From: Candidatus Thorarchaeota archaeon
GTDB taxonomy: Archaea; Asgardarchaeota; Thorarchaeia; Thorarchaeales; Thorarchaeaceae
Assembly: GCA_048882045.1 (NCBI GenBank)
Contig: JBHLRZ010000015.1
Coordinates: 1-64,000, forward strand
Reading direction: 5' to 3'
DNA length: 64,000 bases
Shown here: positions 47,225-55,517 of the stretch, piece by piece
Position numbering within the stretch: the first letter of the stretch is position 1
How the letters are laid out: every line of letters begins with the position of its first letter
The notes under the pieces: generated by a model
Told to the model about the DNA's origin: nothing
The model's input: the letters and a program-made list of their open reading frames with translations, nothing else
Database searches by the model: none
Position numbers and translations under genes: made by a program

Positions 47225-47864
47225 TTCTTGCACCTTGTGGATTTCGAGAGCGGGCTTGAGAGAGAAATGCGTGCCAGTTCTCTCTGAGCTCTCTGTATTG
47301 CGAATCTTCTTCCAGAGCAAAGCGACGCATGATCCGCGATGCATCACCTCGTACAGATGAGGGGAGCTTGTCATATTCCTCCTCATCAATGATCAAGTTT
47401 CGAGAACTGATCTCGTTCTCTCTCCCAATCATCGCTGTCATTAGTTCCACAGCCTCGTCAATCTGACTCTCTGGAACGTCTATACCATAGATTGAGAGGC
47501 TACTTATGATGGACTTCAAGCGTTTTCGAGCATCATCCCCTGTGGCTTGCACCATCTCACTGATGCCCATCCTAAACTCGCGTGCTGTTGCACGATAATA
47601 TCTCTGGACAATACCAGTCTGGGTCTGCTCAGTTCGTTCTTCAAAGACAATTCCGACTTCTTTCAGCTTCTGGATGTGGTGAAGGATCGTACCGGGATTC
47701 TTTCCTGTCACCTCAGAAAGTTGTTTGACAGTCATAGCATCTTTGACCAAGTAGTCAAAGACGATCTTGGCTCTAGTAGGCTCCATGAGTAGTTTGATCA
47801 GTTTTTTGTCTTCGATGATTTGCATATCCTTGATTCGTGGTTTTCCCTTCTTGGAGCTGTTCAT
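47217..47864 (-). CDS. ArsR-family winged-helix transcriptional regulator
   Basis: LMEPTRAKI...MTVKQLS......GTILHHIQKLKEVGIV......GIVQRYYRATA. Confidence 0.88.
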   Translation of the reverse strand: MNSSKKGKPRIKDMQIIEDKKLIKLLMEPTRAKIVFDYLVKDAMTVKQLSEVTGKNPGTILHHIQKLKEVGIVFEERTEQTQTGIVQRYYRATAREFRMGISEMVQATGDDARKRLKSIISSLSIYGIDVPESQIDEAVELMTAMIGRENEISSRNLIIDEEEYDKLPSSVRGDASRIMRRFALEEDSQYRELRENWHAFLSQARSRNPQGARNE

Positions 47865-47865
47865 T

Positions 47866-48819
47866 CTAAAAACCTCCAACAAAGCTTGGACCTGAACCTG
47901 ATTCAGTTTCTTCATCTTCAGGAACTATGTCCTCATCATCTGCTGTGAGTATCATGTAGACTCTTGTGAGGCCGATAGAGAGAGCAGGTAGAGTCACAAA
48001 TACAAAGAAGATTGCCATGGGGATTGCGTAGATTCCCATCGCAGCCATTCCGAGTCCGAATGTGGGTGGAAAAGCGAAAATCGCAACTATCAATGGCGCA
48101 ATTAATGCGACCAATAGCAGGACAAAAGCAATCCAAAACCCAATCACACGATCGAAGTAGTCGATACTCATCCGGAATGACTTCTTTGTAGCCTCTACAA
48201 CAGAGTAGCCATCAATGATTGCTGGGAACAGCATAGTCAAAGATCCGGTACTCAGGACAAACCAGATCACTCCGAGCCCCGCAAGTACTGGACTGAGAAA
48301 AGATGTTGATCCAGCGCTTAAGAAAGCGAAGTTGAGTACCTGGTCTCCAAAGACCGCGACAGCTCCAAATGAGATCAGAAAGACTGGTCCAGCAATGATT
48401 AGGAACATTACAATTCCTCCTCCTGCGAGAGAGAAGAACTTCTTTTTGAACCACTGGAAGACTCCCTCAGCAGTTGTTCCCTCACTTTCTACAATCTCAC
48501 GACTCATTCCAAAGAGAGCTCCAGAGGCAACAAAGAACGGAGTGATGAATGGAAGTGCAAAGAGGAATATCCCCAGTGCAATTGTTGCTCCTTGTGCAGT
48601 GCCCAATAGAGCAAATGACTCAAACCAGACGACCATGTTGCCGAATCCCATTATGAGGACTATAGGGATGAAAACTGCTGCTGCTACTACTAATAGCAGT
48701 AGACCAGCAACAATGAAGACTCCAATAATCGCAAGCACATAGGATATGATATTCTTGATTGCAAACCTGAAGCTGATCTTCAAGTCTTCAAGAATTGTTT
48801 GAAAGCTCGCGTTTTTCAT
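47866..48819 (-). CDS. Multi-pass membrane protein, paralog 2
   Basis: F.T...D.K.S...A.K...SY.LA; G..(F/Y)GMS...V; FPA...G..V.EA.K.S shared with 48896..49810. Confidence 0.8.
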   Translation of the reverse strand: MKNASFQTILEDLKISFRFAIKNIISYVLAIIGVFIVAGLLLLVVAAAVFIPIVLIMGFGNMVVWFESFALLGTAQGATIALGIFLFALPFITPFFVASGALFGMSREIVESEGTTAEGVFQWFKKKFFSLAGGGIVMFLIIAGPVFLISFGAVAVFGDQVLNFAFLSAGSTSFLSPVLAGLGVIWFVLSTGSLTMLFPAIIDGYSVVEATKKSFRMSIDYFDRVIGFWIAFVLLLVALIAPLIVAIFAFPPTFGLGMAAMGIYAIPMAIFFVFVTLPALSIGLTRVYMILTADDEDIVPEDEETESGSGPSFVGGF

Positions 48820-48895
48820 TTTTTATCACCAACAAAGTTTGTTGGAGAGTGTCTTATCAATTTCCATCAATAGACACTCTCCGAGTTCATCACAC

Positions 48896-49810
48896 TTACA
48901 CTATCGGGACATCGTTCACAACACTCAGTGTTGCGACCGGACCTCCAGTTAGTTCCTGGTAGACCTTGACCCACGCAATCCTGACCATAGGTAGGAAGAG
49001 GAAGAGCCAGAGGAAAGCAGAAACTACGGTCCAGAGGGTGAGCGCGGCAAGTACAGGACCGAAGGTCATCAAGTAAGGTGGAATGAACGGTGCCTGGGTT
49101 ATGCCCCAGACGATCATAGGACCGAATGATATCACCAATAACAGAAGGATGGCAGACTGGAGGCCATATACACGATCGAAGTATCGTGTAGCCAGGGAGT
49201 AAGACTCCTTGACAGCTTCCTGAACACCCTTACCACTGGAGACTGCAGGAAACACCATGGAAGTAAGACCTGCAGTGATGAAGACCCACACGAATGTGGA
49301 GATAGTGAGGAGTTGGAACACGGGACTTGCAATGGTTGCAAAACCGTAGGCGTACGATGTGAGTCCCCAGGCGATAACAGGCGGGATTATGACAATGATG
49401 GTCAGAATGGCACCAGCACCAGCATATGTGAGGAACTTTCGGCGGAAGTATGAGAATGCAGACTCAGCCTTGGTTTCACCAGTGGTGACTAGATCATGGC
49501 TCATACCATAGATTGAACCACTCACAACCATGAACAAGGAAACAACAGGAATCAATACTAAGAGAGCAATGGCACCCAGCGCTAGTGGATTAGTGGCGGC
49601 CCAGTCCCTCAAAGCGATCAATGTTGCTTCAGATAGTGGCGCGAGTGCTAGATATGCAACTGCCGCTATCGGAGCTGCAATCAGCACAATTAGGACTAGA
49701 AAGACGATTATCATACCTAGACCTGCTAGGAAGTAGCTTAGCATAGACTTCCATGCGAGTCCAAGACTCGTCTTCATGTCGTTGAATACTGTGTTGAAAC
49801 TTGTAGACAT
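48896..49810 (-). CDS. Multi-pass membrane protein, paralog 1
   Basis: Tandem paralog of 47866..48819; ATG 49810 follows AGGTG RBS. Confidence 0.8.
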   Translation of the reverse strand: MSTSFNTVFNDMKTSLGLAWKSMLSYFLAGLGMIIVFLVLIVLIAAPIAAVAYLALAPLSEATLIALRDWAATNPLALGAIALLVLIPVVSLFMVVSGSIYGMSHDLVTTGETKAESAFSYFRRKFLTYAGAGAILTIIVIIPPVIAWGLTSYAYGFATIASPVFQLLTISTFVWVFITAGLTSMVFPAVSSGKGVQEAVKESYSLATRYFDRVYGLQSAILLLLVISFGPMIVWGITQAPFIPPYLMTFGPVLAALTLWTVVSAFLWLFLFLPMVRIAWVKVYQELTGGPVATLSVVNDVPIV

Positions 49811-49855
49811 TATTGACACCTTTCAATATCGCCAAACAACAGCGGCGTGCTGAAC

Positions 49856-49940
49856 GTTTGGCACATATCAAACTTGGACACAAATGCTTATAAATTGTTT
49901 GATGTGCGTCAAACATCAAACGTTTCAATGGATATCAAAC
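49856..49940. promoter_or_regulatory. Two GTTTGR-N6-TCAAAC palindromes and a half site flanking a TATA-like box
   Basis: gtttgg-cacata-tcaaac (49856-49873), gtttga-tgtgcg-tcaaac (49897-49914), tttcaatggatatcaaac; CTTATAAA between them. Confidence 0.65.
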
Positions 49941-49969
49941 AACGAGGGGGTTAAGTCCAGAAGGAAGGG

Positions 49970-50872
49970 TCAATCCGCAGAGTCGACCAGCTGTCTGAGT
50001 TTCTCGTGGCGATAACTAGAGAAGTACTTGTGATAGGTTCCTATCATAGGTGTTACATGAGTCACCATGTTGTTCTGACGTATTCGGCGAACAATCTCAG
50101 TGAGTTCAGTAAGATCGTCTGCAACAAAGAGGACAAACAACACCGGGTCTGAAGCGGATATATAGTGTTCCCAATGTTGTAACGAATACTTCTTCATGAT
50201 CCATTCTAGAACATCAGAACTCTCGTATTTCATTTCATCCCAATGGATACGTGTTATGAAGGGGAGACTTGAAGCAGCCCCTAGCTCTACTAGTGTAACA
50301 AATTTCAGACCACCGCTTTCCTCGAGCTCTTTGATGAGCCTCCGGGTCCTTCTGGCGGTCAGTCCTGCGCGTTTTGCTACTTCAATGATTGGCAGTCGAG
50401 GATCCTCAAATAGGGGCTTTAGTACCCGCAGATGGGTTTTGCTTAGTTTCATTTTTCTTCCCAAGTCACCAACAATGCTGTGGAGCTCAGCCTTCTCAAC
50501 TCCCTCTATCCGGCGGAGGAATAGACTCACTTCCTGCAGTTCCTTTGACCCTTGATACTCAAACACCAGAGCGTATGTACCATCAGTGTAGGCTGCGGCT
50601 GCTACAACGTTCTTGTTGTTTCCGATTTCATCCACCATCTCTGCTTCGTCACGCGATCCGTCAGAGTGCAGTAGACCGAACACGTACTCTGTGTCGGTCA
50701 TAGCTGGGGACATGATAATGGAATATCCGTCGATGACTCCGGAATCTTCGAGATTCAATATACGCCTCCGGATTGCGTTTGCAGAAATCTTGTACTTCCG
50801 AGAGAGCTCTTGATAACTCATCCTGCAGTTTCTTTGAACATCTGTCAGGATTCTCTTGTCCAACTCATCCAT
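49970..50872 (-). CDS. Tandem Lrp/AsnC family transcriptional regulator (two HTH-RAM units)
   Basis: MDELDKRIL...NCRMSYQELS..., second unit LSKTHLRVL..L.EDPRLPIIEVA. Confidence 0.9.
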   Translation of the reverse strand: MDELDKRILTDVQRNCRMSYQELSRKYKISANAIRRRILNLEDSGVIDGYSIIMSPAMTDTEYVFGLLHSDGSRDEAEMVDEIGNNKNVVAAAAYTDGTYALVFEYQGSKELQEVSLFLRRIEGVEKAELHSIVGDLGRKMKLSKTHLRVLKPLFEDPRLPIIEVAKRAGLTARRTRRLIKELEESGGLKFVTLVELGAASSLPFITRIHWDEMKYESSDVLEWIMKKYSLQHWEHYISASDPVLFVLFVADDLTELTEIVRRIRQNNMVTHVTPMIGTYHKYFSSYRHEKLRQLVDSAD

Positions 50873-50965
50873 AGCTCAAACATCCACTCTAACAATCAAG
50901 CGTCATCGGACCTCGATTTATGCCTTGCTAACCAAGTAGAAGCGTTTGCTCCCTGTTCCTCGAGG

Positions 50966-52258
50966 TCATGATATCATGCTTCGAACATGACTTAGGAGGA
51001 CTTTGCTCGTATTGTAGACACTGTCTTTCTCATTACCAGCGTCGTATGCCACCCTCTCCACAGCGACTTTGTTGTTGATCTTGCTCAGTGCTTTTTCGAT
51101 GTCAGGAAGCCTATCGGAACTTGTCCATCTACCAAAATTAAGAGCGTTGAGTATCTGGCTCCCATAGCCTGTGACCCATAAGGGTAGTAGATCGAGCCTT
51201 CCCTTGTTGTCAAACAATGTGACATTTTCCATCTCATGGTCACGTTGCCTGAGCAGCAGAGGTATCAGGACACTCCCACGAGTTATAGAGAGAGCATCTA
51301 CATCAAAGTAGAGTGTACTCCCTCCATGCTCGAGCTGCTCTTCAAGGACTTTCACCATTTCAAACTGAAAAGTGATGAGCCCATCATCATAGCTACCACT
51401 GTCAGGCAGAAGTTTTACGAGGTCTCTCAGACGCCCATCATAGCACGCAAATTCGGGAATACCTAGTGCTGAAAGAAGAATCTGTTGTGTCTTGAAATCG
51501 TCACTAACTCGCAGAGACTTGGAAACCGCTGTCAGATGTTCCTTTACACCAACCCAACCAAACTCTTCCACAAGGTCCCTATAGCTTCTAGGGTCATATT
51601 GAATTTCAGAATCTTTGTTGTAGAGCCATTCGGGAATGAAACCAGCCTTCCGTTCGATAAGATAAGCATAGACAACATCGTTGAGGTTAGGAGGGCTATT
51701 GCTCATTGGTGAATCAATGACCACCCTCGGACGCGCTGCACGATGAGTCAGTTGTATGACTGCAACTGAAAGATTGTCTAGCTGGAACAGGGGTGAAACA
51801 TTCACTTTCTTGAACGTGTTCTCCTGAAGATAGAGGTAGGTCAACGCGTCACAACTTGCCAGAGGTGATAGGTCAATGGTCTTCAAATAGTTGTGAGACA
51901 GGTCGAGATTTCTCAATCGTTTGCAGGATTCCAACGGTGAGAGGTCTATCGTTTCCAGCAAGTTATTAGAAACACTCAGGTACTCTAGAGTATCACATGT
52001 CGACAATGACTCAAGATCAACTTCTGTTAGCCTGTTTGCACTGATGTCGATCCTGGCAGGTTGTTCAATCTCTTCAATCCATTCAAGGTTCGAAGTTCTA
52101 TGCTCAAAGGTACTCCCCTTGTCAGCATCGGTTTTGAATAGGAAATGGAAGTTCTTTGAAGACTGTTTCGCGCATCTGACTGTAAGTGTTATCTTGCTTG
52201 TAGACACACCCAACTCCTCCAAGTTTATGTCTGATTCTGAGTATATTAGCACCTTCAT
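50966..52258 (-). CDS. Leucine-rich repeat protein
   Basis: Repeats L..L.LS.N.L.TIDLSPL.SC; start 52258 (MKVLIY) avoids overlap with the PHP gene. Confidence 0.85.
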   Translation of the reverse strand: MKVLIYSESDINLEELGVSTSKITLTVRCAKQSSKNFHFLFKTDADKGSTFEHRTSNLEWIEEIEQPARIDISANRLTEVDLESLSTCDTLEYLSVSNNLLETIDLSPLESCKRLRNLDLSHNYLKTIDLSPLASCDALTYLYLQENTFKKVNVSPLFQLDNLSVAVIQLTHRAARPRVVIDSPMSNSPPNLNDVVYAYLIERKAGFIPEWLYNKDSEIQYDPRSYRDLVEEFGWVGVKEHLTAVSKSLRVSDDFKTQQILLSALGIPEFACYDGRLRDLVKLLPDSGSYDDGLITFQFEMVKVLEEQLEHGGSTLYFDVDALSITRGSVLIPLLLRQRDHEMENVTLFDNKGRLDLLPLWVTGYGSQILNALNFGRWTSSDRLPDIEKALSKINNKVAVERVAYDAGNEKDSVYNTSKVLLSHVRSMIS

Positions 52259-52308
52259 TTTGCACGTGGGGGTTGAGTTAAATTGGTACAATATATGTGC
52301 GGAGTAGA

Positions 52309-52980
52309 ATGACTCGTGGTCTTGAGGATCTTCACATCCACACAAACTACTCAGATGGAGAATCTAGTGTTGATAAGATAGTCCGTCGAGCAACATCACT
52401 TGGTCTCAAAACAGTAGCCATCACAGACCACTTCTGGCCATCCCTAGGGTCTCAGAAAGGTGGAAAGAACATCATTGACCAACGTCGGAGAGAGATTGAA
52501 TCAGCCAGACTAGATTTTCCAGACATCACGATTCTTGATGGAGCAGAGGTCGACATTCAGTCAAATGGAGAGCTCGCACCTGTTGCCGGAGGAATTGATC
52601 AGTTCGACCTGATTATTGGTTCATTTCATCACTTTACAGACTCGACTCGCTGGGCGTCAGCACTCTCAAAGGCGGTCAGGAAGAAGGAGTTCCAGATCCT
52701 CGGACACTGGGACGGATATCTCTCCTCATATAGAGAGGAGGATGGTGAGATTGCTGCAAGAGCATTATCTGATGCAGGGATTGTAGTCGAACTCAATGGG
52801 AGATATCTTATTGAGAATACTGAATTTTTTGAAACTGCGAAGGAAGCTGGTTGCAGTTTCTCATTAGGAAGTGACTCACATCATGTGAGTACCGTCGGAA
52901 AGATAGACCTTCAGTACAGACTCGCTACAAGTATGGACCTTGGAATCATTGACTCGAATGAACTGGTCCTTAGGAAGTAA
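52309..52980 (+). CDS. PHP domain phosphoesterase
   Basis: DLHIHTNYSDG, AITDH, GAEVD, GH, ELN, LGSDSH. Confidence 0.92.
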   Translation: MTRGLEDLHIHTNYSDGESSVDKIVRRATSLGLKTVAITDHFWPSLGSQKGGKNIIDQRRREIESARLDFPDITILDGAEVDIQSNGELAPVAGGIDQFDLIIGSFHHFTDSTRWASALSKAVRKKEFQILGHWDGYLSSYREEDGEIAARALSDAGIVVELNGRYLIENTEFFETAKEAGCSFSLGSDSHHVSTVGKIDLQYRLATSMDLGIIDSNELVLRK

Positions 52981-53096
52981 TAGATGTTACATTGGGACTT
53001 CTTCCATATCAAAGATGTGACAAAGATACCAAACTGCAGAGTCGGAATGCTTTTCTCTCAGAAATCTTATCCTCAAGTCATTGGAGATGACAAGTC

Positions 53097-53513
53097 ATGG
53101 GTGACAAATTCACTTTCCCCTCTGATGAGTGGATTGAACTTTACATGGAACTACTGAACAAGAATGATCGATACGAGGATGCAGCCAAAACATGGGAAGG
53201 CGACTTTGTCTTCGAGATCACAGCAGACAACCAGGTGATAGAAGAACCGATCAGGTTCTACATGGACCTCTGGCACGGAAAGTGCAGAGAAGCAAGAATG
53301 GCTGGACCTGATGACACCGCAGAATTCACCTATTCTGGGCCCTACAAGAACTGGAAACTGCTGTTTGAGGGGAAGATAGATCCGATCAAAGGCATCATGG
53401 CAAGAAAGTTCAAGCTAGACGGAGACATGGGGAAGGTCATGCGATACACAAAAGCAGCGCTAGAGCTCGTTGCTACAACCAGAGAGGTCCCTACGAAATA
53501 TCTTGACGAATGA
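53097..53513 (+). CDS. SCP2 sterol/lipid-binding domain protein
   Basis: FPS.EW, DLWHGKC, W..L..GKIDPIK.IM..K.KL.GD. Confidence 0.88.
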   Translation: MGDKFTFPSDEWIELYMELLNKNDRYEDAAKTWEGDFVFEITADNQVIEEPIRFYMDLWHGKCREARMAGPDDTAEFTYSGPYKNWKLLFEGKIDPIKGIMARKFKLDGDMGKVMRYTKAALELVATTREVPTKYLDE

Positions 53514-53552
53514 CTCTAAGTCAACCCCTAACAATAGGAGAGCCACATTGAA

Positions 53553-54605
53553 ATGTGGTGGAAAAGGAGCGGTTCAAAGAAGTATCCAGGACCTAGTTGT
53601 GCAGTCTGGGAAATAACTCTTGCATGCAATCTGAATTGTATACACTGCGGTTCCGCTGCAGGGAAGAAACGGGATGACGAACTGTCAATTGAAGAGGCTC
53701 TGAAACTCTGTGAAGACCTTCGTGGTATAGGTTGTCAGGGTGTCGCTCTGATGGGTGGTGAGCCTTTGCTCAGACCTGACTGGATTGAAATCTCTCAACG
53801 AGTCCATGAGTTAGACATGGATCTATCAATAATTACTAACGGATGGCTCGGACAAGATGAAAAGACAACTCAGAAGATTGTGGAACTCGCTCCAGAATGT
53901 GTCACAATTAGTCTGGATGGCGGAGAGGCTTCTGTCCATGACATGATCAGAGGGGTCGAGGGATCTTTTGATCGCGCAACGAAGGCCATTGATAGATACT
54001 CAGGTCTTGGACTACCAACTTCTGTGATAACCACAGTGCACAAATTGAATCTTAAACAACTAGTGAAGGTCCGGGACCTTCTGAGAGGGAAAGGTGTTGC
54101 TTGGCAGATACAAATGGCAACTCCATATGGGAGATTGGAGCGTAGACAGGTCCTTTCTCAGGAGGAGTACTACTCGGTTGCATTATTCATCGCTGCTACT
54201 AGGAAACGATTTTCCAAGGAAATCATGGTAGCAGGAGCCCATGACATGGGTTATTTCTCACCCATTCTTCCTGAGCTTCAAGTGAAGGAGTGGCAAGGAT
54301 GTCAGGCGGGCATCTCCACACTAGGGATACAGAGTAATGGGAATGTGCTTGGTTGTCTAGCACTCCCTGATGAGTTCATTGAAGGGAACATAAGAAACCG
54401 CACTCTCAGTGATATCTGGTATGACGAGAACACCTGCAAGTATTCTCGCCATTTCAAGAGTAGCGAAATCAAGGCTCATTGTGGAAGATGTGAGTATAAG
54501 ATGCAGTGTGGAGGGGGGTGTTCAGCTGTATCTGTCAGTATGTCAGGGGATCTTCATCAGGACCCATACTGCTGTCGGCACATAGAGCAGTCTATGAAAG
54601 CGTGA
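53553..54605 (+). CDS. Radical SAM/SPASM peptide maturase, splicease-like (PlpX / GDL-associated type)
   Basis: VWEITLACNLNCIHCGS.AG..R.DEL, WQIQM..P.GR, MGYF, WQGCQAG...LGIQSNG.V.GC..L, CxxC-x5-CxxxC, DPYC. Confidence 0.85.
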   Translation: MWWKRSGSKKYPGPSCAVWEITLACNLNCIHCGSAAGKKRDDELSIEEALKLCEDLRGIGCQGVALMGGEPLLRPDWIEISQRVHELDMDLSIITNGWLGQDEKTTQKIVELAPECVTISLDGGEASVHDMIRGVEGSFDRATKAIDRYSGLGLPTSVITTVHKLNLKQLVKVRDLLRGKGVAWQIQMATPYGRLERRQVLSQEEYYSVALFIAATRKRFSKEIMVAGAHDMGYFSPILPELQVKEWQGCQAGISTLGIQSNGNVLGCLALPDEFIEGNIRNRTLSDIWYDENTCKYSRHFKSSEIKAHCGRCEYKMQCGGGCSAVSVSMSGDLHQDPYCCRHIEQSMKA

Positions 54606-54705
54606 TTCAAAGTCTTTATCGGAGATTGGGTGTATTAGTAGATGGGTATTGTCAATGAAGTCGCTTGGTCTAGGAGAATTCGAGTTCATGTTCTGGAGAA
54701 TCAGG

Positions 54706-55107
54706 ATGCACCTTCCCTCGCGGCTACGAAAGATTTTAGAAAACGGACTATATTCACAGTTTCTCTCACCGTCACAATTGCAGATGATAGAAACCCTTGG
54801 TGAGAACATTGGTCTAGATAAGGAGGAGATCCATGCAGCGGTTCCCGGTCATTTAGGACCATTCCACGCTGGTGATAGAAGGAGGATGACACTCTTTTCT
54901 TATCTAATAGCGATTCTTCTGATTGTTGCTGTTAGTTTGGTAATTCTGGTGTTTACAGGGAATTATCCTCTAAGTGATCCTAGTACAACCTACACACCTG
55001 GAACACGTTACGGGTCCATAAGTCCGAGAGACTTTAATACAATACCTCATGAACCACAGTGCTTTTTGGGGAACATGACAGAGTCTTCTGAGGAGATGAT
55101 TCATTGA
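54706..55107 (+). CDS. Single-TM protein with C-terminal XYG motif, putative substrate 1
   Basis: Paralog of next gene; TYTPGTRYGSISPRDF; start chosen by paralog alignment. Confidence 0.75.
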   Translation: MHLPSRLRKILENGLYSQFLSPSQLQMIETLGENIGLDKEEIHAAVPGHLGPFHAGDRRRMTLFSYLIAILLIVAVSLVILVFTGNYPLSDPSTTYTPGTRYGSISPRDFNTIPHEPQCFLGNMTESSEEMIH

Positions 55108-55148
55108 TTCGACCTACTCTGCAGTCATTCAGACCAAGGTTAGTGAGA

Positions 55149-55508
55149 ATGAAACAATTTCTTCCAGGAAGTCTATTTACGTTGCTTGATATACTCACCA
55201 AAGAAGATGGCCCAACCAAATCCCAGCTCGAGAGAATCAAACTCCTGGGGGAAGATATTGGTCTTGGGGAAGACGATGTTTTGACTGCTCTTGAACCATC
55301 CTCTGGCCCAATAGGATTTGATAGCCAACGGAGACCAACACTGTATCTGTCCTATATCTTGATACTAATTGTTGTTACAATTGGAGTGCTTGTAGTATGG
55401 ACAATAGTTGATCCAGAATCATCACCAATCAAGACCTATCTTCCTGGGACATTGTATGGAACCATTCGACCCGATGATTTTGCCCAATCAAAGCTTGTGA
55501 GGTTCTAG
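55149..55508 (+). CDS. Single-TM protein with C-terminal XYG motif, putative substrate 2
   Basis: SQL..I..LGE.IGL shared with previous gene; TYLPGTLYGTIRPDDF. Confidence 0.75.
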   Translation: MKQFLPGSLFTLLDILTKEDGPTKSQLERIKLLGEDIGLGEDDVLTALEPSSGPIGFDSQRRPTLYLSYILILIVVTIGVLVVWTIVDPESSPIKTYLPGTLYGTIRPDDFAQSKLVRF

Positions 55509-55517
55509 GAGAGGCTG

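Noticed and set aside
50966-52258. LRR protein (and the TPR protein at 41013) as a novel immune system
   Set aside because: No effector or NTPase domain and no defence context; such repeat proteins are common in Asgard genomes.
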